Positions 26,611-37,345 of a DNA stretch of 64,000 nt are shown piece by piece (position 1 is the first letter of the stretch; each line of letters opens with the position of its first letter). A program made the position numbers and the translations under genes. Origin of the DNA: Vicugna vicugna (Eukaryota); the NCBI GenBank assembly GCA_013265495.1, contig MU058221.1:4094001-4158000 (forward strand). Reading direction: 5' to 3'. Under the pieces are notes generated by a model. It saw only the letters and a list, made by a program, of their open reading frames with translations. It made no database searches and was not told the DNA's origin.

Positions 26611-28178
26611 AACAGGGCTCGGGATCCTATGCCTTCGGACTTTTCGTCTCTAACCTACGTGCCCCAGGCTGAAAGTCCTCCAGAGAAACATGAGCTTCAC
26701 AGGATGCAGAAGCATCCTGCTTCACACGGAAACCATCCCGGAATGAACCCAAACCCGTCTCCTTCAATGACTATTTTGTTTCCTAGGTCTTGCTTTCTTA
26801 CAAAAGATATAAAATGTAAGATAGTAAGTTAATCTCATGGATAAGTTAAGAACAAATTCCTTGGCATTTCTTTTATTCAAATAATATCATATTTGTTGGG
26901 AGCAGTTGCGGGGTGAGGGGGTAGGCTGTGTTCTCCCTATAATTGCGTTTGTTTTCCTTCCCTTGTGTTCTCCTAGGTCCTACTGCTGGCTTATATCATA
27001 GCACTGTGACACTGCTATGCAATTTTGTATAATTTATCTGCCACCCCTTTGAACTACAGGCTTCTTAAGGGAAGGAGCTGTGTGTTACTTTTTATTTAGC
27101 TAGCCCTTCCCGCAGTGATGGATGCGGCTAGGCACTTATTGTGTATTTCCTTAACAAATAAACAACATTAATAAGATGTGCACTTTGTGTTCTGAATTTT
27201 TCAGTGAATTAAGTAGATTTCTTTCAAACCTCGGAAACCTGGAAGACTCTTCACTGTTTACTGAAAATATCAAAGGCCGCAGGGTAATTTTATGACGCCA
27301 TAGCGCCCGGAGCAAGACCAATAAAAGTTGGCAGAGAGCAAATGCGTTTTCAACAAGGTCCATTAGAGCTCTCGGACACTTGTACCTCTGAGTCTGTGTG
27401 CAATGCCTGGAGAGTCACCAGCGTTTCGTGGCCATTGCCCTTGGCTTCATGGCGTGGGCTCCTCACTGAAATGGCTTCCAGGACCTCTCCATGGACTCGA
27501 CTATTAATGACGATCCTGGCCGGCAAGAGCTGCCCTCTGGGACACAGATTAGCTGAGGCCTCATCTCACTTCACCTTTATTGATTTAACCCATATAGATT
27601 TTAAGCCAAATCAGAAAGCAGGCCAGTCAGATGGCCCGGAACGCCGATTTATAACGAGCACTGAATCACATCTGGAGGTGCCACGTGATGGGTACAACAC
27701 TGTCTTTTACCAGAACTCCTCCTCTTCAGGAAGTCAGTTTTTAAAAGTACTCTGATAAATAGACTGGGTTAATAGGTCCTCAGCCTCTTATAATGAAATA
27801 TTGAACAAATGGTTTAAAAAAGTCTTGTGTAAAGATTTGCAAAATTAGCAACATTTCTCGGTCCACCTTGTCTTTACAGCATCTTTGTCAAACTATGCCA
27901 TACTTTGAAAGAACAAGAAATGAGCGTGCAGTATAGCTGTAAAAATAACATTTATGTAGTTGTCATTACACCAAACATTTATTTAACAACTACTGTTTGA
28001 CTGTCATGAAGATCCTAGTCTCGTGCTTCCTGTATCCCAGATGCGCAGGATGGGGTATAAATAATCACAAAAGAAAGAAACACCAAGATGTCAGAGGGAA
28101 AGAAGTTTCAACAAAAGGGAATCTATGTGTTTACTGTGCAAAATGGATAATAATTCAAATGACTATTAAGAGTAGAGA

Positions 28179-28283
28179 TTGGGCTGTACACTGGAATTTG
28201 ACACAACATTGTAAAATTATTATAAATCAATAAAAAATGTTAAAAAATTAAATTAAAGAAAGTTTGCACTGCAAAAAAAAAAA
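28179..28283 (+). mobile_element. Very short young L1 insertion with extra 3' sequence and 11-bp TSD
   Basis: The L1 terminal ~70 nt match 34787-34850. TSD aagagtagaga at 28168-28178 and 28284-28294. Confidence 0.92.
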
Positions 28284-28367
28284 AAGAGTAGAGAGAAACC
28301 ACTTAGGCCAAACTTAACTCAATTTGGAAAGAAAGTATCAAGAAAAAATTGAATATTTTAACTGAGA

Positions 28368-28532
28368 TTTTTGTTTGTTTGTTTTTAATTGAAGTACAGT
28401 CAACTACAATGTGTCGATCTGGTGCATAGCACAATGTCCCAGTCATGCATATGCATACATATGTTTGTTTTTGTTTTTTTTAATTAAAAGTTATTATAAG
28501 GTACTGAACATAGTTCCCTGTGCTATACAAAA
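28368..28532 (-). mobile_element. L1 3' UTR fragment (intermediate-age subfamily), antisense
   Basis: Reverse complement resembles 41783-41930 and 54628-54745 (ttgaagtacagtc...acaatgtgtc...gcacaatgtcccagtcatgcat...catagttccctgtgctata). Confidence 0.88.
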
Positions 28533-29419
28533 GAAAATTTTTTTTAAAAATTGGTTAGCTTTTTCAAAATATATATGAGTAAAATTGAACCACAGTATTT
28601 TTCTCCAAGTTCTTACTGATATTTATCTCCTATGATCCCAATACACAAGAAAAGGCAGGGCACATAAATATTGAATTAGAGAGGGATAAATTTTGCCTAC
28701 TATATGAGATTCCTTACTGCATTCAGGTAAGACATAAAATACAGTTCTGTAAATTTCTCTGCACTCTCCCAGGACGCCCCAAAGTTCCAGCCACAAACGT
28801 TTCTAGAATTTATTCTCTAAAGAACTCTATTTCATTTTTCTTGGCAAGTTAAATGTCTTTTGAGTCATTACCTAAGATTGAAATATTTCTGTTCAATATT
28901 AGCTTTTAGGCTCGTCCATCCTAAAGTCAGCCTCTAAGGTTTGCTTTCAAAACTATTTTTACTCTCCAAATTGTCATTCCCAAAACATCATTTTGAATTA
29001 ATACTCCTGAGCAATTACATAGTGCGATTAAAAATCCATAATCTTGGTTGGAAATCTAGCCCATTCTAAAGAAAATTCTAGTCTCGTGTCTTTCTTCCTT
29101 TGTCATTTGCTAAGAGTTAAGATTTCATTGTGAGGAACTGAGGTGTGCTGGAGATAACTGACGCAAAGGAAACGTTTACATTTAAAGAGTTTAACAAAAT
29201 CCATGTTTTCTCAGCCTGATCTTCAATGTTGACATTTCTTTTCATGTAAAGTTTTTTTTTTTAATGTTGAATAAAATACAACGATTTTTTTTTAAGGATG
29301 GGAGTTTTTATTGAGCAGCATCTTAATTAAGCGATCTGAGGGTTTGAGTCAAAAAACTAGAAGGAATAACTCCAGAATTCCAGGCTCCACTCTCTTCATT
29401 CTAATCCTATAGCTTTCAA

Positions 29420-29585
29420 CCCTTAGGGCACATGTGGATTACCTTAACTGGGGTGCTTCTTAAAGTTGTAGATTCACCTGCACCTTGCCATGCATGGTGG
29501 GTCAAACAAGTACCAGGAAACTACATCAGGACGATTTCTTAAGTGATTCTGATGCAGGAGACCACTTGGACAAGCATCGTACCAA
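29420..29585. mobile_element. MER5-like hAT DNA transposon remnant
   Basis: ggtgcttcttaaagttgtagattc...cttaagtgattctgatgcaggagaccacttggacaagca. Confidence 0.55.
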
Positions 29586-31591
29586 GCCTTTTTCTATAAT
29601 CTGTGACATGTGGGTACATGTTACTTGTTTTATAGCATCATCTATGTTCATTTACTCTAAGGGACCGTGGACCAATTTAGTAATTATTAAAAAAAATTGA
29701 AGTCTAGAGTTTTCTTTAGAAAGAGCAAAACATTTTAAAAAATAACAAAACGAGCCTAAAAGAATTCCCCATGACTTGTTAAGAGAGTCCCCATTTCTGT
29801 TAACAACAAATACCATGGGGCTTGGTAGTAATTAATCCTGAAGTGTCTTTTGTAACGGTAGGTCAGCACGCAGTACAGATCTCTACCACACTGTTCTAAA
29901 TCAGCCGTTGGCCACATATCAACCCTGTGAGACCAACATTAGTCTTTAAATCATGCCTTGATTCCTTCTCGTCTAATTCAACCCATTTGAAATTAAGCAG
30001 GTGGCTTGTGCACACGCACTAGACGTGACGAGAAACACAGCACTCTGTGAGGAATGAATGTAATCTTTCACGTTTCATATTTATGACTTCTAATCTTCCC
30101 AAAAGAAACATAATTTGAACACGCAAACTTACCTCCCCAACACACAAAAGTAGTCAAGAAATTCACCAAATAGTGAGAATGCTCACAGCTCTGGGACATC
30201 TGTCCCTCAGTGTTATTTTCCCTATGTTTACTGAGTTGTTTATTTCTAGTAATGGCGGCGTTATTGACCCAGGTTGACTGGATTAACCAATGCCTCTCTC
30301 TCTTGCTTGTAACACACCCTGTTGGAGCCCAAGCCCATTTGCCATTAACGTGAGACCCAGTGCTGCTCTTCCCAGCCACGCCCTGGGAGACCCTCTTCAA
30401 AGATGCCGCCTCTTCACCCCCGGGCTGTCGTCTCCCAGGACAACAGAACAATGTGCATGGCCTCTCAGAGTCAGATTTTAGAAAGTCCTTGGTGGTACAG
30501 AGAAGGATATTATGCTTTCTAGTGGATTCATGTGGTGCAGGCATATCGCTAAGTGTTCATTCATATGGCTTAAGTTCTGCCACCCTGGGAATATTGCCAT
30601 GAGCTTTTGTGTGGTTGAGGAGCTCAGATATTCAAAATCAGCACCTGCTCTGATTCAGCATGGCACTGCCTGCCATCAGGGCAGTGGGTGGTGAAGACAT
30701 TTCATAAATGTGTGAAAAGCACTAAATAATCAGTTATTTCTAGAGTCCATTATTACTAGAACCTGGAAGAAAAGTGGTGGCATTGTCAGCTGCAGGGAAG
30801 TTGGAAAATTTACCAAAAAGCTAATTCTAGATCTGTATTTTGCACAGATGTTTCAGAAAAAAAAAATTAGGCTCAAGACCTTCTTGAGACTCACATCTTA
30901 AATTTTCTAAGTGCAACGGACATGTGATGCGGGATCTGGAAGGTAAATAGTTATGTATATTTAATTGACAGATTTCCTTGATGAAACACTGGAAACTACA
31001 TGACTCACTTTTATTTTCCCCAGTTTTTAAAAAAACCCTCAACAGTAAATAAAATATATTCCTTTTCTTGGCCATCCAAATACTTTTTTTTTTTCTGTAT
31101 AAAATAACAAAGACACATTTCAACAGGTATTAAAAGGCATGGGCTCCGAGCTGGTAAATTACAATTTCAAAAGGTGGATCAAGGACTTGGCAGATGAAAG
31201 CTCATTCATCTTCAGAATATCCAGGACTGGGGAACGGAATGCTCATGGAAAGCCCTGAAGAACTGGTTGAGATCTCACACGTGCGTGCCAGGGGGCGCAT
31301 GTCTACACAACACACAGCTGCACGCACACGGAGGAGTGACAGCCAGCATAGGTTTACATACGGTCTCAGTCATAGGAATGCCTGTGGCATTTGGGGGGGG
31401 GGGCGTACGCAGCGCGGAGCGATGTGGAGTGGGGAGGGGTCGATGGTGATCCCAGTCCCCCCACCTGCTTTGTTGTGACTGACCCACAACGTACCGCAGA
31501 CTCTTCCTTTGACAAACAGCGCTCACTACTGGCGAGAGCCTCCCTCTGGGGTCCGGGTCGGCCCCTAAATTACACTTCAATTACAGATGAC

Positions 31592-32010
31592 TTTTTTCCT
31601 TAATTGAAGTATTGTCAATTCATAATGTGTGAACTTCTGGTGTACAGCACAGTGATTCATTTATACACACACACATATATATATATATTTTTCCTTTTCA
31701 TATTCATTATAGGCCATTACAAGGGATTGGCTATAGCTCCCTGTGCTATTCAGGAGGATCTTGTGGTTTATCTATTTTATATATGTAGTAGTTTGTATCT
31801 GCAAATCCTGAACTCCCTATTTACCCCTCTCCATCTCCTTTTCCCCCTGGTAACCGTAAGTTTGTTCTCTATGTCTGTGAGACTGTCACTGTTTTGTAAA
31901 TAAGTTCATCTGTATCCTTTTTTTAAAATTCCACATACAAGTGACATCAAATGGTTTTTCATATTTTTCTTCTTTCTCTTTCTGGCTGATTTCACTTGGT
32001 ATGATAATCT
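31592..32010 (-). mobile_element. L1 3' UTR, antisense
   Basis: ttaattgaagtattgtcaattc...tatagctccctgtgctat...ccctggtaaccgtaagtttgttctctatgtctgtgag...ctggctgatttcacttggtatgataatct. Confidence 0.9.
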
Positions 32011-32149
32011 GTTATAACGAGATAAATGCCTTTACCAGGCCTCTGTTCATCTGCATGGATTCAGATTATTATTTGAGGTCACCTGCCTATACGAGGCTAA
32101 TCACATGTATCATATGTCGTGCTAACACGTTACACGATCTATGACATGC

Positions 32150-32560
32150 AGTGTGCGGGTCACGTGCTCAGGGTGCCACAGGCTGCAGCCATGTTGTCGG
32201 CTGGGCCGCGTTTCTTTCTGAAGCTCAGGGTCGGAGTTCTGGCCTAAGATCTTTCAGTGTGTTGGCAGAATTCAGTTCCCTGCAGGTGCGGAGCGGAGGC
32301 CTTCAGCCCCAAGAGGTCGGCCACCCGCCCTGTCGGCCTTGCGGCGGGTCTGCGGGCACCTCGCCCCGCGGCTGTCGACGAGGCCGGTAGCAGCATCTCT
32401 CTGCCGTCTCCTGCGAGGGCCTTACACGAGCCGTCGTGGGCGCACCTCTCCTGTCACCTGGGCCGCATCCTGCTGACCGGCAGGAAGTCACAGGTTCTCC
32501 CCACGCCCGGCTGTGGGGAAGATACTAGAGCTTAACCCGTCGTGAGTCCCCTCGCAGTGG
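32150..32560 (-). mobile_element. MaLR (MLT1E/F-like) LTR, unusually GC/CpG-rich
   Basis: gctcagggtgccacaggctgcag...gttggcagaattcagttccctgcagg...aagtcacaggttctccccac are MLT1 landmarks. Confidence 0.7.
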
Positions 32561-33020
32561 GTCCCGCATACACATGCGCTGCCGCGCGCGCGTTAGCGAT
32601 GGCTCGGGGGCTGACAGCTGATGGCGTGTTCCCTTTTCCTTCTGTGTTTAGCGAACGTTCCAGATGGACTGTTTATTTTCTACAAACTCATCAAGCGGCC
32701 GTTTGTGAATAAGTAAAAACTCCTGGCAGGGCCTAGAGGGCGGAGGGCTGAACGGGAGAGGCCCACTGTCCCGTGCCTCGGGCTCGTCCTGCCGGGCCCT
32801 TCTGGGCGCGCAGCGCGCGGGAGACGAGGCGCCGGCTCCGCTCGGGTTGGACGCTGCGCTTGTGGCTGCGAACGGGGAAGCGCCGGCGTTCTGTGTTTAC
32901 AGGCGATTCAACGCCACGGAGCTGAGCGAGTTTCCGCAAGTCTCAAGGGCGGCTGAGGACACTGCAGCCTTGAACGCTGCTAGCTGTCTCCGCGGTTTTA
33001 TTACTTACGGAGATCGTGGG
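32150..33020. promoter_or_regulatory. CpG island-like region (orphan; no adjacent exon recognised)
   Basis: Visibly the highest GC and CpG density in the window (gccgcgcgcgcg, gggcgcgcagcgcgcgg), with a GC-box gggcgg near 32738. Confidence 0.75.
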
Positions 33021-33810
33021 GTTTCTTTTATGGGGAATCGTTGACTGTTCCAGCTGTGGTTTCTGCAAGTTCATATCTTTCATGTAAAGATGCTTTTCCC
33101 CCTTTATTATTCAAACAAGAATGCCAAAGGAAAAAAATCAATTTTGGAAGCTGCCTTATAAAATGAGCTGAATGTACAATCCGGAAGTCTGAGAGCAGGG
33201 TGGGATACACGGAGGCCCCTCTCCCCAAGCTTTATTTATCAATAATTCATGGAAAGTTGGGCCACAGGAACCACGGGCGCTTTATTCACCACTGTCCCCG
33301 GGGTTCAGCAGGGTACCTGGGAAACAGTGGGTACTTAGTCTACAGTTGTTACGTGACACAGTGAAAAGCCAGCAGACACACAGGCCCATGCCCCACGACT
33401 GGAAACAGAGTTACAAACGACAGGACGATTATATGCCAAACTCAGATGCTATGTAATTAAGAAAACAGCAATAAGGCTTTATACATCAAATCATGTCATA
33501 ATGCTTTATATCTATACCCTACAAAGCACTTATGCTTAATCTTAAAACTCATCATTTTCATTCCTTCATTTTCTTGGATGTCCATATTCTTAAATTCATC
33601 TTCAAGAAATAATCATTTCTTTCTCTTTAAGGCTAGAAAACCCTGCAGTTTTGATCCAGTAGAAAACATGCCACCGGGGTGATGTTCAGGGATGGTTAAG
33701 TTGTGCCTTGAAATTCACGTGAGACGACATCAAACCTGGGACGTCGACAACCACATGATTATTCTCGTGTTCATTGTTCTTGAGTAAGTTCAAGAAGATG
33801 AAGACTAAGG

Positions 33811-34548
33811 AAAACAAAAAGACAACCCATGGAATCGGAGAACATTTTTGCAAATGAAACCGACAAAGGCTTGATCTCCAGAGTATATAAGCAGCTCGTA
33901 TGACTTAGTAAGAAAAACACCAACAACCCAATCCAAAAATGGGCAGAAGACCTAAACAAGCAATTCTCCAAGGAAGACATACAAATGATCAAAAAGCACA
34001 TGAAAAAATGCTCAGTATCACTAATTATCAGAGAAATGCAAATCGAAACTACAGTGAGGTATCACCTCACACCAGTCAGAATGGCCATCTTTCAAAAGTC
34101 CACAAACAACAAATGCTGGAGAGGCTGTGGAGAAAGGGGAACCCTCCTACACTGCTGGTGGGAATGCAGTTTGGTGCAGCCACTGTGGGAAACAGTATGG
34201 AGATTCCTCAGAAGACTAGCAATAGACTTACCATATGACCCAGGAATCCCGCTCCTGGGCATATATCCAGAAGGAACCCTACTTCAGGATGACACCTGCA
34301 CCCCAATGTTCATAGCAGCACTATTTACAATAGCCAAGACATGGAGACAACCTGAATGTCCATCAACAGATGACTGGACAAAGAAAAGGTGGTATATTTA
34401 TACAATGGAATACTATTCGGCCATAAAAACTGACAACATAACACCATTTGCAGCAACATGGATGCTCCTGGAGAATGTCATTCTAAGTGAAGTAAGCCAG
34501 AAAGAGAAAGAAAAATACCATATGAGATCGCTCACATGTGGAATCTAA
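33811..34548 (+). pseudogene. L1 ORF2p C-terminal fragment (no endonuclease or RT domain)
   Basis: ORF 33985-34548 ([19 protein letters not shown]...[25 protein letters not shown]...[10 protein letters not shown]) contains the L1 cysteine-rich motif. In-frame TGA at 33901 upstream; 5' truncated. Confidence 0.95.
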
Positions 34549-34855
34549 AACAAACAAACAAAAACATAAACACAAAACAGAAACAGACTCAGACATAGAA
34601 TACAAACTTGTGGTTGCCAAGGGGGCGGGGGGTGGGAAGGGACAGACTGGGATTTCAAACTGTAAAATAGATAAACAAGATTATACTGTATAGCACAGGG
34701 AAATATGCACAAGATCTTATGGTAGCTCTCAGAGAAAAAAATGTGACAATGAATATATACATATGTTCATGTATAACTGAAAAATTGTGCTGTACACTGG
34801 AATTTGACACAACATTATAACATGATTATAAATCAATAAAAAATGTAAAAAAAAA
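33811..34855 (+). mobile_element. Young 5'-truncated LINE-1 (~1045 bp) with 10-bp TSD and poly(A)
   Basis: TSD aagactaagg at 33801-33810 and 34856-34865, AATAAA at 34835, A tail, and ORF2 C-terminus. Confidence 0.97.
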
Positions 34856-35754
34856 AAGACTAAGGTATCTTGTTTTACTTCTGGCTATACTTCTGTTTTA
34901 AAGTGCCAACCCCTGACATGTTCAGGCCATGTCAGTGTCATTCTATTGAACTATTTTTTTTTTATTATGGAAAATCAAATATAAGAAAATGTGCAGTCAT
35001 CAATCAGTGATCAAAACGCTTAACCCTTGTCAACCCCTTGATTACTCACAAACCATCCGGGTTAGAGCAATGCGACGAGGACCAAATAAAGTGATTCTTA
35101 GATAACAAAACTGAAAGAGTTCGCAGAGGCTTCTTTTGGCAAAATTATGTAGAGGGATAGATGAAGGAGATGTGGTCAAAGAGCAGAGAGTCAGAGGATT
35201 TTATTAGGTATTTAATAATTTGATATTTATAAAAATAAGAAGGAAACATCAGGACCATGTTTAGATTGAATTATATCCAAAGTCATATATGAAAAATCTA
35301 TGAGCATTTGCCGCATGACGGGCAAGCGACTAAGTGCTAAGTATGAAAAAAAGAGTAAGGTACACCTGTCCGTGTTAGATCAGCTTTGCTGCTAACAAAG
35401 CATTCTTTAAAAAGAATTAAATAAAAAATAAATATAAATTAGTTAAAGTAAAAGTAAGGCATTTATGCAATGGAGACAAATAGGCGTTTAATATAATCAT
35501 AATGTTCTAGGTATTTTTATTCCCCAAAGGGACTCTCACATGAGGACACAGATGATGGGAAGGTGGATGTAAGGAACCACTCTGCTTCCTCTGTTTCCTT
35601 TTCCAGTGAGTACCATTCCTCAGAGCACCCTGGGCTAGTCCGTCCTCCACCACACCTTCTTCTTTCCCCAACCACCTCTGCATCTAAACTCCGTTGATTT
35701 CTCCTTTCCAAATTCATTCACAAATATTTCTTTTCCAATATCCTCTGCCTGTGT

Positions 35755-36010
35755 GCTTTTTCAGTTTGATAAATTTGACATGCTACATTCTGTAAGTTTA
35801 AGGTGTACAGAGTGTTACCTTGAAACGCTTACATATTGTAATATGATTGCCAATAAGGTGTTATTTATCACGTTACATCATTATATTATGATACTGTTGT
35901 CGGTACTCATTACACTGTGCACTACGTCCCTAGGGCTTATTACTGCACATTATTCATCACACATTGGTAGCCTTAAACACCATCAATCTTATCCCCTACC
36001 CTCCATCCCC
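35755..36010 (-). mobile_element. L1MA-type 3' UTR fragment
   Basis: ttgacatgctacattctgtaagtttaaggtgtaca...cttacatattgtaatatgattgcca, similar to the L1 sequence flanking the LTR at 13420-13975. Confidence 0.7.
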
Positions 36011-37179
36011 TGGGAACACTTGTGCTTTTGTAAACTGCTTTAGGTTTTCAATGATAGTTTTAATTGATTCCTAACTGGTCTTTTTACCTCTGGTCTTTTA
36101 CCCTAATAGTCCATTCCTCAGATTTCAAGCAGCGTCATCTTTCTGTGATAAACGTGGATTCTAACACTGTTGTTTAAAGAGTTTAAGTACAGAAGATTAA
36201 AACATAGCCTTTGTTTGTCCCTCCTTGTTTAAAGATGGTGCCAAAACACATCCTCTCAGCCTCTAAGGTCTTAGCATTTATTCACTCATTAATTATTCAA
36301 CCAAAATTTAGCAGCTACAGTGCTTAGGCTGCAAAACATGTTTGCATACTGGAGATACAGCAGTTAACAAATCTGATCTATCCTCAGCCCTGAAAGAGCT
36401 ACAGTCTAGTGGAAAACAGTTTTCTGTATGAAACTGTGCCAATTTCTCACTGCAGCTTCTAGTGTGCTGGTTTCCTTTTAAAACGTTAAAAGCAAAAATA
36501 TCCCCTCAAAATAATTATATTCAAGTGTCCATACAGATCTGACAGTTTCCTGAAACCTTCATCCTTCTGTGCTTTTCTTTCTTCCTGTGCCCAGAATACC
36601 CTCCTCCATCTGTCCTATCCCAGACACAGTCTGACCCATTCAAATCTCTGCTATGTTTTCTGTATCTGAATTAGAGTTAGATCTCTTAAGAGAAACTCAT
36701 TGAACTGTTCCTTCTTTACCGCTTAACCTTGAGAATTCATGTTCTGCTTTTCAGCAGAAAAAGAAGAGATAAAACTAATCTCATAAAACTTACGGTCTCT
36801 TGCTAGCTCTTACGAAATACAGCATTTTGGCTTGATGAGGAGAAGGGACTTGGTTCCTTCTGCAAATGAGATGCTGCAGGATCACTGGACTAGGAGAACG
36901 GGAGCCTGTTGGGGTGTCACAAATTCTTAAATTCTTCTTGTCATCTCACAGGCCGTGGGGTAAGACTGGCTCAGAGAGATCTTAGGGCTCACAATAAATT
37001 TGGGGGAGAGAGACAAGATGCTGATGCATGAACAAAGCCTAACTTGGTGGGCATATTATATCTGAATGCGAAGTGACAGTGCAGTGAAGCACATTCTCTC
37101 CACCGACAGGGCGCTGGAAGGGTGGAAGTCATCACAGATGAACGGGTCACACATCATTCTTCCCCGCAAAAGCAAGCAT

Positions 37180-37345
37180 CTTGCAAGTTCAAGAATTGTG
37201 TTCTATTCGCCAGTGTATCCTCAGCAGCTGGCACAGTGACTGGTACATAAAAGAGACTTAGAAACTTTCGTGGGTAATTACTGCATGAATACATAAATCT
37301 GTATGCAAGTGAATAAATGCATGCATTTATTCATGTATGAATGAA
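37180..37345 (+). mobile_element. L2 3' end
   Basis: gtgtatcctcagcagctggcacagtgactggtacata followed by a degenerate (TGAA)n tail. Confidence 0.65.

Noticed and set aside
33985..34548. 187-aa ORF as a functional gene
   Set aside because: It is the C-terminus of L1 ORF2 in a 5'-truncated copy with an upstream in-frame stop and no promoter, endonuclease or RT.
34913..34935. Inverted repeat ctgacatg...catgtcag resembling a p53 response element
   Set aside because: Three mismatches to consensus plus a spacer; stems this short are expected by chance in 64 kb.
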